NCBI GenBank assembly: GCA_002189035.1
Contig: CM007990.1
Span: 5,828,001-5,892,000, forward strand
Source of the DNA: Utricularia gibba
Taxonomy: Eukaryota; Plantae; Magnoliophyta
Reading direction: 5' to 3'
Length of the DNA: 64,000 nucleotides
Below the pieces are notes generated by a model. That model was not told the origin of the DNA. It ran no database searches and worked only from the letters and a program-made list of their open reading frames with translations. Position numbers and translations under genes: made by a program. Numbering within the stretch: the stretch's first letter is position 1; each line of letters starts with the position of its first letter. Shown here one piece after another: positions 28,049-41,068 of the stretch.

Positions 28049-28645
28049 ATGGATACACGAATGCCAACGGATGTAAAAGTAGAGATCTTGTTAGATGATT
28101 CCCCTTCACCTATTGAATATGAAGGGGATGTGGGGATGAACATGGAGTCAGACAACGAATCCCTGCCGAACCTTTCAGATGAAGGTAACCAACCCCTTCA
28201 GCATAAGCATGGCGCTTCGCATTCCTCCCTCTGTTGCATTTTGAACCCATTTTATGCCTGTGCAGCCTGGTTGTTCAGAAGAGCAAAAAGTTACCAACGC
28301 TACATGAGTTTGATCCCAATACCAACCAACCGTGGCACGGTTCTCCCATGCGACACATGGTGGGATTTAGGCAACTCACTGAAGAAAATCTATCAGCAGC
28401 CGCTGCACTATCTCACCAACATTCACATCAAGAAGTTGGACCAGGCGAGGCTCGGAGCCGGCTCCGAACACCTTCCCTTATACATGACTGTTCATGCTGC
28501 CAAGGCCGAGGCCAGCATCTGGATCCTCGAGGAGGTTCACCGGAAAACCACTTCCCCTGAGCATCTGTTCATGCTCTGGAGAGCCGACTCGAATTACCAC
28601 CGCTTCATTGATCCCATTTTCCCCAAGTTGGATTTGGATCTGTAA
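28049..28645 (+). CDS. RDM1: RNA-directed DNA methylation 1 (exons 28049-28184 and 28266-28645)
   Basis: RRAKSYQRYMSLIPIPTNRG, YQQPLHYLTN, AKAEASIWILEEVHR, LWRADSNYHRFIDPIFP match the RDM1 domain. Confidence 0.92.
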   Translation: MDTRMPTDVKVEILLDDSPSPIEYEGDVGMNMESDNESLPNLSDEGNQPLQHKHGASHSSLCCILNPFYACAAWLFRRAKSYQRYMSLIPIPTNRGTVLPCDTWWDLGNSLKKIYQQPLHYLTNIHIKKLDQARLGAGSEHLPLYMTVHAAKAEASIWILEEVHRKTTSPEHLFMLWRADSNYHRFIDPIFPKLDLDL

Positions 28646-28980
28646 ACTACTACACCTTGACACCAACTTCAAAATGCATTGGGCTTGATGCTCCAAAGGC
28701 CCAGATTCCAGGTACGGAAACGTCATTTCTCTCTCTCTCACAGTAAATAAATAAATAACGAGTGGTGGTGATTTTTCGAGGGGTTTAAAAGCGTTGAAAA
28801 ATTGTAAAAAATAGTATAAAATTTTTTAATAAATTGGGAATTTATAATTTTTATTTTATCAGATATTTTCTTTATAATTATTAAACAAAATTTAAAGTAA
28901 TTGGTAAAAAAACACACAAAAATAGATAAATATGCTGGTAAAAAAAGATAAATAAAATAATAAATATAATGAATGGGACC

Positions 28981-29106
28981 CACGTGAGCTTTGAGCCACA
29001 AATAATTCACTACCAAAAAATGTAGGGAAATTCAAAAAGGTACAGAGTAGGACCAAGTGGGCAAGTGTGTGGTTGAGGAGGCCATGCGTTAGGATTGTGA
29101 CACGTG
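28981..29106. promoter_or_regulatory. Two G-boxes (CACGTG) in the LHY promoter
   Basis: Exact hexamers at 28981-28986 and 29101-29106; G-boxes are known LHY/CCA1 promoter elements. Confidence 0.6.
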
Positions 29107-29776
29107 GCAGAGGTTAATTGCATCTGGCCCCATGATTGGTTGCTCTCCAGCCTCAAATTTATCCTCCCATTTTCTATTTTCTTTGTAAAAGAATTAGGGC
29201 TTTATTTTTGTGGCTGGTGATTTTCGAAGTAAAAAAAGCACACTCGTCTCATCCCTTTCTTCTTGTTCTACTTCCACCGTGCTTCGCGAATCATTTTTCC
29301 TCTTCAGCGTCAGTTCGCGGAGTGGATTTCTAGGTTTCTGATCTGCAGGTGGTTAGCTCTTTAGCGTATTTCGGATGAATTCGCTAGGTTTTTAGTTCAA
29401 TTGCACTTTTGCTTTTCGTTTATTGATTGCGCTGCTAGGGCCGACGGTTTCGGTTTCGCGGTTTATTGTTGTGATCTGCTTTACTTTCTTCGTTTATGTG
29501 TACTTCGCATTTGTAACTACTAGTCGTAAGTTGTTTGCAGTGCTGCTTTTTTTCTTTTTGCGGCGTAGGTTGACTTAATGAGTCTGTAAATGCGTGTTAG
29601 TTTTTTAGCTAAGAGTTTTGTGATAGGAAGCTGAAGCAGTGACTAGTCACTGTCTTAACAAATTTTCTCGTTTTGGCTGCAGTATTTTTTGCTATTTCGC
29701 TGCAAGTGCCGAGCTGTTCTGAGCAGCCATTTTTTCTCAGGCTCAGCATTTGAAGCGCGGTATTGGCGTTTTTTGG

Positions 29777-32700
29777 ATGGATCCTTGTTTTTCTGGAGAA
29801 GATCTTGTCATTAAGGTCTCATCTTTGTGTTTTTCTAGTTCGACTAAATGAAGTTGTGTGGCGTTTCTGTTGTTTCATAGCTATGTTTCTTTGTTTAATG
29901 GCAGACAAGGAAACCGTATACGATTACAAAACAGCGTGAGCGGTGGACAGAGGAGGAGCACAATAGGTTCTTGGAGGCCCTCAAGCTTCATGGCCGTGCT
30001 TGGCAGCGAATAGAAGGTTTACTATCGTTGCTTTATCTGGTTGAAACTATTTTACGTTTTTTTGGTTGTTGGTTGAGATCTCGCTTGAGTTCCTAGTTTA
30101 TGCATCATTTGATTCGAGAAGCTCGCCTTCCTTTTATTTCAATAACGCTTGATATTGGTGCAGAACATATTGGAACCAAGACTGCCATTCAGATCCGGAG
30201 TCATGCACAGAAATTCTTCACAAAGGTTTACCAAGCGCATTCACTTGAGTTCTTGCCTTGTGCATGATATATAAAATAAAGGATTTTCCTCTTAGAATGT
30301 CATGGGATTTTTAACGAACTTTTGTGGCTTTGTGCGACATAATGTCAGTTATACACCTAGTTCTGCTAGATTCTTATCAGTCTTTTTTTTTTTTTACTAC
30401 TTGAGTTCAAGAATTTAGAAGTCTTCAGCTATCATATGAAACATACATGCAGGTTTTAACCATTCTTTTGAATGGATGTATCTCTCAATAATCCAACCTC
30501 AATCAATGCAAGTCCAGCAATATCTGCTGCTTTTTTTGAATCCAGAAGGCCTTGGCCTAATGATCAATATGGGTTTTAATCTACGACGCCATAGGTCCAA
30601 TCTAATAACCTTGAATATTACCAATAGGAGAACTATTTTTTTTTCTCTTTAGATATTTTTGTATTAATACTGTTCGAATTACTTATGGTTGTGCTCTCCT
30701 TATTCAGTTGGAAAAGGAGGCTACTGTTAAAGGAACAGGGAATGCTCTCGACATTGAGATCCCCCCACCACGTCCTAAGAGGAAACCTGCAAATCCATAT
30801 CCTCGAAAAAAATGTGAAGTTCCTGCGTTGCAGTTGGGATTGAACGATAGTAAATCTTCAGATACTACTTCTACTTCATTGAGCATGGCCTTTGTAAAAG
30901 AATCTGAGGTATTTAGTGGTCGCATGTTTTGTTTCTTTGGTGGTTTTTCCATTTTTAGTATGTTCAGTCATTTTGTATGGACTGATTTTTACTATTCCTT
31001 GACTACTTTTTCATCACTCTTTCAGGATCTCAGTGATGATGCAAAACAGCAGAATAGCGATCACGAAAAGGATGATTCCATAACGGCTTTAAATCTTGAT
31101 ATGGTAGCTCCATGCACATCTCCAACTTCAACAAACAGTTCCTTGGAATCTGAGACTCCTGAAAGATCATGTACTTTTAGGCAGTTTGTTCCGTTGGTAA
31201 ATGGATCCCATAATCAGAAGGGAAGTGCAGAATCCCTGTTCTCTGCGAAACCTACGGGAAGTCATGCTGAGCAGGCTCAGCAAAAACGGTTGCTGAATGA
31301 TAATATCCTCAACAGTATGGTACCCATGGGCCTGTGTCCTTCACCCGAGGAATCTTCACATGGTGAGATGGTGCACGACCCCATTGATGAAACTTCTCAT
31401 AACTGTCCTCGCAATGTTCCTGTGCACATTCTTGGTGGAAGTTGCGGAAGTAGACAACATCCCCCAAATATGCCGTGCATGAAGTCAGTGCCGAATCAAA
31501 CTGGTTTTCATGGCGATCAGAGTACTTTTATTAATGCAGCTGCATCTGGTACTTCTGAAAACGGTGCTAACGGAGCAGCTATTCCCCCGCAATATCTCCA
31601 TTGTCATCCATTCTTTGCACCGATGATGAACACAGAAGACTATCAGTCGTTGCAGCAGATGTCATCCACATTTTCGGGCCTTGTTTTTTCTGCGTTGGCT
31701 CAAAATGCAGCACTTTATGCTGCAGCTAGCTTTGCCTCAACTATGTGGCCTTGGCTCAACCTGGGAGGGGCTCCAGTTGAACCATCCGCAAATTCCTCGG
31801 GGATTCCTCAGCCGAGGCCAATGAATCCCACTTCCAGCATGGCGGCAATCGCTGGAGCAACAGTTGCAGCTGCAACAGCCTGGTGGGCAGCCAATGGTAT
31901 GTTTCCGTTGGGCCCTCAATACCATGCTGGATTTGCCTGCTCGCCTCCATCAGCAGCTGCAGCTCAAACGGCTGGTAGCCAAAGCGGAAACGTGAATGGA
32001 GAAGCAAGGGAAAGTGGTGCGGATCCTACACTACAGTGCCAACAACCAGATGGGAAGCTCTTCAATGCTCTGCATTCGGCTTCGAAACCACCAACTTCCT
32101 CATCATCAGATAGTGAGGCGAGTGAAGCAGAGAAGCTGAATGGACGATTAAATCCTTCCGGAACTGCAGAAGCTGAGAAATCAAGCGGCTCGAATGTATC
32201 CATCAACGAGAAACAGATGGATCGCTTTTCTTCTGGATCAAACACCCTGTCAAGCAGTGAAGTCGAACCCGATGCTACGAAGATGAATGAGGAAAACCAT
32301 ATGGAAACAATGGAGGTTACAGAACAACCTAATGGAGTTCCTCCTCCCACAATTGATCTTTCTAGCCGACGAAGTCGAAGTAACAACAGCTTGAATGACC
32401 CATGGAAAGAAGTATCGCAGGAGGTACTGACACTTCATCCTGTTTCACACTGCTCATTAGCATCAGTTTTTTAGCTTCATTTTTTGGTGTTCTTGCAGGG
32501 ACGATTAGCATTTCAGGCCCTGTTCTCCAGAGAAGTGCTACCTCAAAGTTTTCCACCATCCCATGTTCTAACCAACAAACTCAAAAAACACTGTAGCGGG
32601 TGTAGAGAAGATGGAGATGGGGCGAGTATTTTTAAACCTGATGAGGAAAAGGGTTCGTCTTTCAACATTGGGAAGAAGCACGAGGGTCCTCTGAATCAGG

Positions 32701-32819
32701 AACTCGGGCATACAAAGGCAAAGGATTATCGAACCGGTTTCCGACTCTACAAGAGATGCTCAATGGAAGCTAAAGAAATTCCGGAAGAGCACAAAGACTC
32801 CAAGAAGTTGCGCCTTTAG
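29777..32819 (+). CDS. LHY: LHY/CCA1 single-Myb circadian clock transcription factor, multi-exon
   Basis: SGEDLVIK|[94 protein letters not shown]. Confidence 0.96.
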
Positions 32820-33179
32820 TCTAATCTCGAGAGCGGTATCTTTTCTGCCAATTCCTAGTTTGACACTCAGGCCTCTCTGTTGCCAAATAACGCTAGTTGC
32901 TGTTCAGTGACCATAACCTTTGGAAAGGCACTCATTTATTCCATGTGCATGAACCGTGGTTAGAAAATCCCTTACGAGGATGCTTACTGTCACAAAAACG
33001 TTTGCTACGGCCTGCGCTCTTCTTTCCAACAATAAGACAAACAAATGAGGAAAGCATTAATGATATGTCATGCAGAATAAAAAAGTACCAGCTTTGAGTG
33101 GGGAGGCTGTTCACAGCCGTTTCATGGAACATTTGAGTCCATTTTGAGAAACATGGGTGGAATAACCGTCCTGTAAAGA

Positions 33180-36024
33180 TCAGAGAACACCGAAGAATGG
33201 GTTGTTGATGGCACTGTTCAGCTCATTCCCTGCAGAATGCAACACTGGAATGTCAACTTTCTCTCGCACCAGATGCAAATATTCACCTCCTTCCATTTTC
33301 TCGAACCCGCAAAGCTCAAGAAACTCGATGCCTCCTTTCAACTTCCCCACTCGTTCCTGAGAAGGGACCAGAAGTAGATGCTAAGTGTTTCTCATGAGAT
33401 CGATGGTGAGGAAAACTTTCGGTCATAAGACGAGATTGCTATGATAAGCGATGCGTGAGATTGAGAAATGTGTAGTTAGATTTTTCACCTGGAAATTAGC
33501 ATTCGTCAATCTGATTTTGCGGAATTTTTCCTCATCTGGATTCACAGCCACGTTTTTTACAAAGGTTAAAAGTGTGTTGAAAGCTGTCTTGACTTTGACA
33601 TCATCATCCTGAACAACCAAAACTTTGAATACGTCAAATGGAAATAACTCATCACCTTAAGGAGGCTGAAGTTTTAAAACAGTGTATTCATATAAAGATG
33701 GAGGTCCGTTTGTTACCTTATGATTTTGTTTAAGGGTCCTTAAACACTCCCTCATTTGCTCAGCCTTAGTAGCCGGCCGAACAGGCAAGAAGCTCTGTGT
33801 TTTAGGAAATGCAAATTCCGTAATATCAGAAACAGCGTTCTGGAAATAAAAGGCAGGAAGTACAAATAATGATCCAAAATGCATTGCAATCACCTTCCTT
33901 TCCTCAGCAGGTGGAGCAGAAGGTGATGCAGCAGATGACGATTCAGGGGGCAACCCAAGTTTCCTCCGTCTTTCTGCCTGAAATTCCATAAAAAGAGTGA
34001 ACATGGTACATTTTAAGATCTTGACATAAAAAGGACAAAAAAAAGAACGGACTGAGGGACCTTATCCTCTTCCAGCTTTTGGCGAATTTTCTCCCTGGCT
34101 CTCTTTTCCTCCTCTTTCTCGGCTTTGCGCAATGCCAGTATGCTGTATGAAAGAAAGTTGATTTACAAGAACGAAAACAGAAAAAACCATGATAGAGAAA
34201 TATAGCCTTACAGACCGTTTACGTTCATTTTCTTCTTCAATGCGCTTAGCTTCAAGAAGCTCCCTACCCACCCGAATTCTTTCCTGAAATATTTAACAGG
34301 CAGCGAAGCAATTACATAGTATGAAGATAAAAATAATTCAATCACTGACTGATCCACTTCTTAATCTTTCATAAAAGAATAAAAAAATTTTAAATTATGA
34401 AAAGCGAGATTCGGAGAAACCTTCTCCCTTTCTCTTTCCATGTGCTTTTCTTCTTCTTCTTTCTTTTTGCGAGCACGCTCCCTGCAGTTTACAATGATAA
34501 ACGTATGAAGTTCAGAAGCCTTCTTAGACCAATTCAGGGTTAAAGAAGCAGAGGAAAAAAAAAAATTCCATGCGGCAATCGAGTGTTCTATGCTCACCTT
34601 AATTCTTGCTGTTTCATCTTAATCTCTTCTGGGGTTAGAGATTGTTTTTGTGGCTCAGATTTCTCGGAACTAGCAGGAACCTGAATAAACAAGAGAAAAG
34701 CATGAGTAGCTGATTACAAACCAATGGCAGTGTGCAATAAACCTGTTTACCATTGGCATTTTATCAATGTCAGGGTCGTTCTCATTTTCAACAATCCAGT
34801 TGGCAGCAGCCTCAAGCGAAACATTTCCTGAAAGGAGGAGGACTTAGTGCACATCCATTTAGGAAATAATAACGTATTACTAAAAAACATAGGAAAGAAT
34901 GCCAATTCACAGTCAGTGGCTGTGTAGAAAAAAAGGGTGCAACTCTGTCTGTAAGTGGTGGACTTCACCGCTACACCTGCTTTATGTATGGCTTGCTACC
35001 TTCTGGCTTCCAGAAGCGATGATAAAATAAATGATATTTCAGAGAGATAGTGCGCACCAGAAAAGTGGAGTGCGCGAACAGCTCTTTCTTTTGGAAATCC
35101 CATTTCTTCAAGTTCAGATAGTATCTGCTGATTCACTTCAGGGACGACCATATCTAACAGGGAAAGGGTACAATAGCCCAACTCAGACATAGAAACGCTA
35201 ATCCAAACAGGAGAAATTGAAGAAGTCATGAAGATTCGAACAAGAAATTCCTTGAACCTCTTTCGATTACCTTCCTTCTCGATATCATCACCACCTTCAA
35301 CATCAAGATCATCCCTTGGCTTGGAAGCCTCCAAACTTATGGGCTTAGCTGCCTCAGCTGTCTTGTCCACAAATTCTGTGTGCCCTGTCCTCTTTATGTG
35401 TATATCTTTTTCCTAATCCACAAAATAAATCAGAGAGGAGGTCAGAAATCTTCAAAGACGATCCAAAAAAATACATATATACACTCATGATCCTGTCCAG
35501 AGATCCTAACAACGGTTAAACACAAAAAGGTTAACGTCTGAGATAAACCAAGGGGAGAACTTCAATTAGAGTTCTAATTATCCACACTCCATTAGCATCG
35601 TGATTAGTCTCGACAGGCGATACAGGATAAGTTGGACGCCGTTGGCAATGCCATTATCCTAAACAATCTGTACTCTCTCAAAGCACACTCTGACAAGCTA
35701 GACAATTAGAAACATCTATAAACAGCTCATTGCATGGCATCTCACGTTCACGAGAATAACGAGCAAAATCCCTCATTTTCAGAAACCTCGACATTGGTTT
35801 TTCAGTCTAAACGCAAATCATGCAGGAATTACTAAGAGGAAAGACAAGGAAGATACCGTTTCCGATCGACATGGCTTGCCGCAATCAGAACAAACTAAAT
35901 TCAGAACCGCTTCAGTTGATTCCACGAAGTTGCTGTGCTTGGTCATCTCCGCGTGTTCCTGAGCTTCGTCCACCGACTTGAGAAGCGTCCCACAGTCCCC
36001 ACATTTCAGAGATAAACCCGCCAT
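33180..36024 (-). CDS. UBA/PUB-domain protein with N-terminal C2H2 zinc fingers (At1g04850-like)
   Basis: LKCGDCG..H..H, LEEMGF UBA motif, coiled coil, [21 protein letters not shown] motif, NNPFFGVL*. Confidence 0.9.
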
Positions 36025-36370
36025 AGCAGATCCCCAACCTGACTACTACTCCCGAATCAATCAGTATGCACCTACACCTTCCTTTCTACCAAGGCTTTGT
36101 TGCATTCTTGAAAGTTACGGCATCGTATGTGGAAATGGAGAAATCGAGATAGGGAAATTGTGTTTTCGACATCTCATTATTGTGATATCTCATATTAACC
36201 CCAACACTTTTCACAATTTCCATGCTGACTATTGGGCTGTACAAATTGTTTCGGCCCATGTAATTGGAAAGGAACAGCATATTGGGCCTGAGCCCGTTTG
36301 ATGATGAAAATACTGAGCTCAGTGGGCTCAATATTAACCCCCAGAAAAACCGTTAATCGTAGCAAAACAT
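36025..36370. promoter_or_regulatory. ~350-bp bidirectional promoter with clustered site II motifs (TGGGCY/GGCCCA)
   Basis: Head-to-head ATGs at 36024 and 36371; motifs near 36232, 36252, 36282 and 36322. Confidence 0.6.
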
Positions 36371-39300
36371 ATGGGGAAGAAAGAGAAGAAGAGCAAAGGA
36401 AACGACGGTGACGGCGGCGTTGGCCGCCGGAGTAAGCAGGAAGAACTTCTGAAGACACTCGGAGACTTCACGAGCAAAGAAAACTGGGACAATTTTTTTA
36501 CGATAAGAGGTAGTGATGATTCCTTCGAATGGTACGCGGAGTGGCCACAGGTTCAAAGCTTGCTATCCGAAATCCTATTGCCCTTACCCTCGGGTTCTGA
36601 GGAGGGGCGAATAGGAGCTTCGGAAGTAAATATTTTGGTGCCAGGGTGCGGAAACTCGAGGCTATCAGAGCATCTATATGACTCGGGTTTGTGAATATAA
36701 CGAACGTGGATTTCTCGACGGTAGTTATTTCGGATATGTTGAGGAAAAATGTGAGAGAACGTCCTAGGATGAAGTGGCGCGTTATGGATATGACTGACAT
36801 GCAAGTAAGATTTTTGGTTGCGTGGTCTTGCTGTCCTTTTTAGTAGATCAAAAATTTGTTTAGCTGCATTTTACTCCTGCGTCTATTTTCTGCATTTTTT
36901 TCTGTTTCTGTAATTTTTTAACATTTTTTAATTGTGGCAGTTTCCAAATGGTGCCTTTGATGCCATTATTGATAAAGGAGGGCTGGATGCTTTGATGGAG
37001 CCTCAACTTGGTCCCCTACTAGGAATTAGATATTTATCTGAGGTGTAGGAAGTACTTGTTTTATTGATGATCCTAATGATCTTGTTATTTCGTATTTTCA
37101 GGAAACCTTAGTCTATCATTTTTCTTGTTCCCAGGTGAAAAGACTTTTAAAGGCAGGTGGAAGATACGTTTGCCTCACTTTAGCAGAATCGCATGTCCTA
37201 GGTATTCTTCCTCTATATGCATTTCTGGATTGCTTTATACGCTTTTTTAGCCATTTCTCTGAGTTCAACTGGATGCATGCTCCAGGGCTGTGTAAGCTTG
37301 CTGATTGACCAGACATGATTTTTTTTTTATATCGTGCTACTTCATGGCAGATCTACTTTTTACCAAGTTCCGTTTTGGTTGGGAGATAAGAATCCATGCC
37401 ATTTCTCAGGACTCATCACCTGGAAGCCTAAACCTGCATACCCTTATGTTTGTTGCTGTGAAATTTGCTTCTGCTTGTGTCTCTAAAATATCGCTGGATC
37501 TGGGTAATCTGTGTGCCAGATCTCCTGGTGACCAAGTGAGTGTTGGTTATTCAAAAACACGTGATATATTCATGTGATTCCTGTCAAGAATTTAAATGTT
37601 TGAGTCATGCACTTAATTTGTAGATTTAGTTACTAATTGCGATGCCTTCTAGGTTTCTCAACTTCATGAGGCACTTAAAAGAGAGGAAAAGGTGCGTGAA
37701 GATCATTCCAATGGCTGTGATATATTCTACTCCCTTGAAGACTTGAATATTGGCGTGAAGGGAAATCTTGCAGAGATAGAACCAGGTCGTAGGCTTATGC
37801 TTGTCTTAGGAGAACATGGGGTGTCCCGTTCGTTGTATAATGCCATACTTCTTGATGCACCAAGTGATCTTGCGCCTTTCTCTTACAGATTTGGTGTATT
37901 TCTTGTTCCGAAGGTTTGCCTTACTTCCTTGGTTTATGGTTCCCTTATCTTTAGAGTTGTGATTCTTTCTGCATTGTCTGTGTTAGATTGCTTGTTACAT
38001 TTTTTTCTAATTTTTGAAATTATGTGAGCGTGCTTGTTCTTGATGTGATTTACTTGTCATATTTTATTATCGTAGAATCTAGCAACCAGTTTCTTCGTGC
38101 TTGGTTATGAAATCCTGAACGCTTGTAGACTGTAATTCTTGTTGTTTTCTTAGTTAAGCAGGGCTATGTGTATTTAAAGTTTTATTTCACCAACATGCAT
38201 TTGATGAAGCTATACATTTCAGATCAGAGCTAAGGAATGGCTATTCTCTTCAGATGAAGGGCAGTGGGTCATTGTTGAAAATTCCAAGGCTGCACGGCTG
38301 GTCATGGTAAGATTTTCCAATCAACATATTATCTCTTCCGCTTTTTATTGTTTTTAGTCATTCAATTACTATTTTTTTTATATTGAGGCCAGATTTTATT
38401 GGACTCTAGCAATTCTGATGCGTCTATGGAGGATATTCAGGTAGCATACATTCTTGTGCCCTTTTTTCTAGGTATCCATGCTGCATTTAATATCTCCATG
38501 GCATCAACTAGCTTTATTTTCCCTGTCATTTCAGAAGGATCTTTCCCCGTTAGTTAGGCAATTGGCCCCTGCTGACTGCACTGATGGGGTTCAAATCCCG
38601 TAAGCATTCATTAATATTACCTTAACCAAGCACTGTTTTTGCTTGTGTGTTTGGTTAGGAATTCTACACGTAAAAATGCCTAATAGTGGCAATATTTCAT
38701 TCTGGATCTTTGACAGTTTTATGGCAGCAAGTGATGGAATTAAACAAAGGGAAATTGTGCACGAGGTTGAATTGTTGGCTGGTTACTTCTCTAATGATCA
38801 GTGAAAACGTTGTTTTTTATATTCTTCCCTGGGTCATTTTTTTATGAATGGTTCACTTCTCTTACAGGTTACATCTTCCTTGACTGGTCCCATTGTAGTA
38901 GATGATGTTGTCCATGAAAGCATTGATGATGATCTCAGTCGCCATTTCCCATCGAAAGATTTGATATTCCGTCGCCTTATGTTTCAAAGATCGGAGAATT
39001 TGGTGCAATCTGAGGCCCTGTTATCTATTGAAAAACCCAATGGAATTGCTGGCGGGGTAGAAAACACAAAGGTACCTTCAGCTTCCAAAACTACGAAGAA
39101 AGGAAAGCATAAAGTCGATTCACGCAAGTATGGCTCTCATGGTGAGAATTCTGTAAGAGGAATCTCTGTTTTCTTTACTTCTGTTATTATTGTGAAGGGA
39201 ACGATTTCCGCATGCTTATTTCAGATTTTCACAACTTCAAGTTGATATTGAGGATGCCTTAGAATTCTAGTGTATGTTGGCCCTCTATGATTTGACCATG

Positions 39301-40866
39301 TGTTATGCATAATGGCCATATGTTAGCAGTTCACTAATTGGTAGTGAAATATCTATGTGAATCCCAGGGTTCATCATCTTGCACGTTTTAGTCCCTGGTT
39401 TATTCTCTTTTCTTTATGATTTTGTGCTTTAATTTGACAGAGTTGAATAGCATAAAGAAGGTTGATCACACTTATTTGGCTAGTGCATACCATAACGGGA
39501 TTGTTGCTGGAGTGATGTTATTTTCTGCAGTACTGCAAAGATCTGATACAGATTGTAGCATGGTTAGCCATCTACTTGGAGCTTGTTTGCATTTCGAAGT
39601 TCTTTTTTTCTAGTCCAAATAGCAATAAGATTTATTTGCTTGTGTTTCAATAACCGTTTTGATTTACTTCTCAAGTGTTGACATATATTCTGCTCTTTGA
39701 AACTTAAATGTAATATGCCTCCTTTTTGCTTGTCGATTTACAGATGAGAGCAGTCATCATTGGCCTTGGAGCTGGACTCCTTCCTATGTTCATGAGGAAT
39801 TGCTTGTCAAATATGAATATCGAGGTGAATGGAATCCCTAGTCATGCAATTATTTGCCTTTTAGGGGAAAAATGTTTCTACCATGGGCTAGTTTCTGCAC
39901 TGGCAGGTCATTGAGTTGGATCCTGTGGTGTTGGTTGTTGCTAAAGAATATTTCGGTTTCAGAGAAGATGGATATTTAAGGGTGACCACTCTCCGTTCTG
40001 TTCATATTATTATTTCACTTGCAACATGATGATTTTCCTACCATCCAGAGACAAACAAGATCATGTGATTAAAAATTCACTTTTTTTTTTCTACGTGCAG
40101 GCACACATTGCCGATGGAGTTAAGTTTGTGAGAGATGAAGCAGCAGATTCTGAAACAGGTAACCTCTAGTAGTAGTAATGCTCAGTATGATGGATGGCAT
40201 TCCTTCTGAGTCCGTATTATTGCACAAGGAAACAATCACGGAAAAATTAGCATACTTATCGTCGATGTGGATTCCTCGGACGCAAGGTAAAGACAACATT
40301 TCCAGTCACACCATTCCCTTTGTCTCCACATCCTCTTGCTGGTTTCTGGATCTCTCATCTCCCAACAATTCCTGTTATGCTGCAGTACTGGTTTGTCCTG
40401 CCCTGCTGCAGAATTCGTAGAGGAATCATTTCTTTCCAACGCAAGAGACTCTCTTTCTGAGCATGGGTGCCTCATCATTAATTTAGTGTCAAGGTCCTCT
40501 GCTGTCAAGAAGGGCGTCTGCTCGAGACTGAAAACGGTGAACCATCTCAAACCTCAATACTTCCATCTTCCTTCCAAAGCCTTAGAGTCCGCCAGGAACC
40601 CCTCGACACAATCTCACTGAAGTTCTCTTTTCCCCTGCTGGGGTGCGCAGGTGTTCGGGAAGAGCAGCAGCCTGTTTCATCTCCAGCTAGAGGAAGATGT
40701 GAATGAAGTCATACTGGTCGTGAAGACGGCGGACACCATCGATGAGAATCAGCTCCGTGAAGCTCAGAAGGTACTCGCAGCTTCTCTGAACGATGAGCAG
40801 CAGAAATGGTGCCAGAGGATCATACATACCTCAGACTTGATTAAGCCGTTGGAAGATGGCCAATAG
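36371..40866 (+). CDS. METTL13: eEF1A lysine/N-terminal methyltransferase (METTL13-like, two MTase domains), multi-exon; apparent 1-nt deletion at ~36689
   Basis: DFTSKENWDNFF, FEWYAEW, LVPGCGNSRLSE, DKGGLDALME, EWLFSSDEGQW, IIGLGAGLLPMF. Confidence 0.9.
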
Positions 40867-41068
40867 CAGCAGATGCAGCAGGCCTTGCTTGTTTCACTGT
40901 TAGAACTTCCAGTGCGAGACATCTTGCTTGAGCTTGGAATTGGAGCAGAGTTGATTGAATATATGACGATAATATCCCCACGAAGATACACAGAACAAGA
41001 CAACGTTGGTGAAAATGGGAAATTCTCCGGGGAAAAATATGTGAATGTGCAGGCGGCGGCGAATACAG

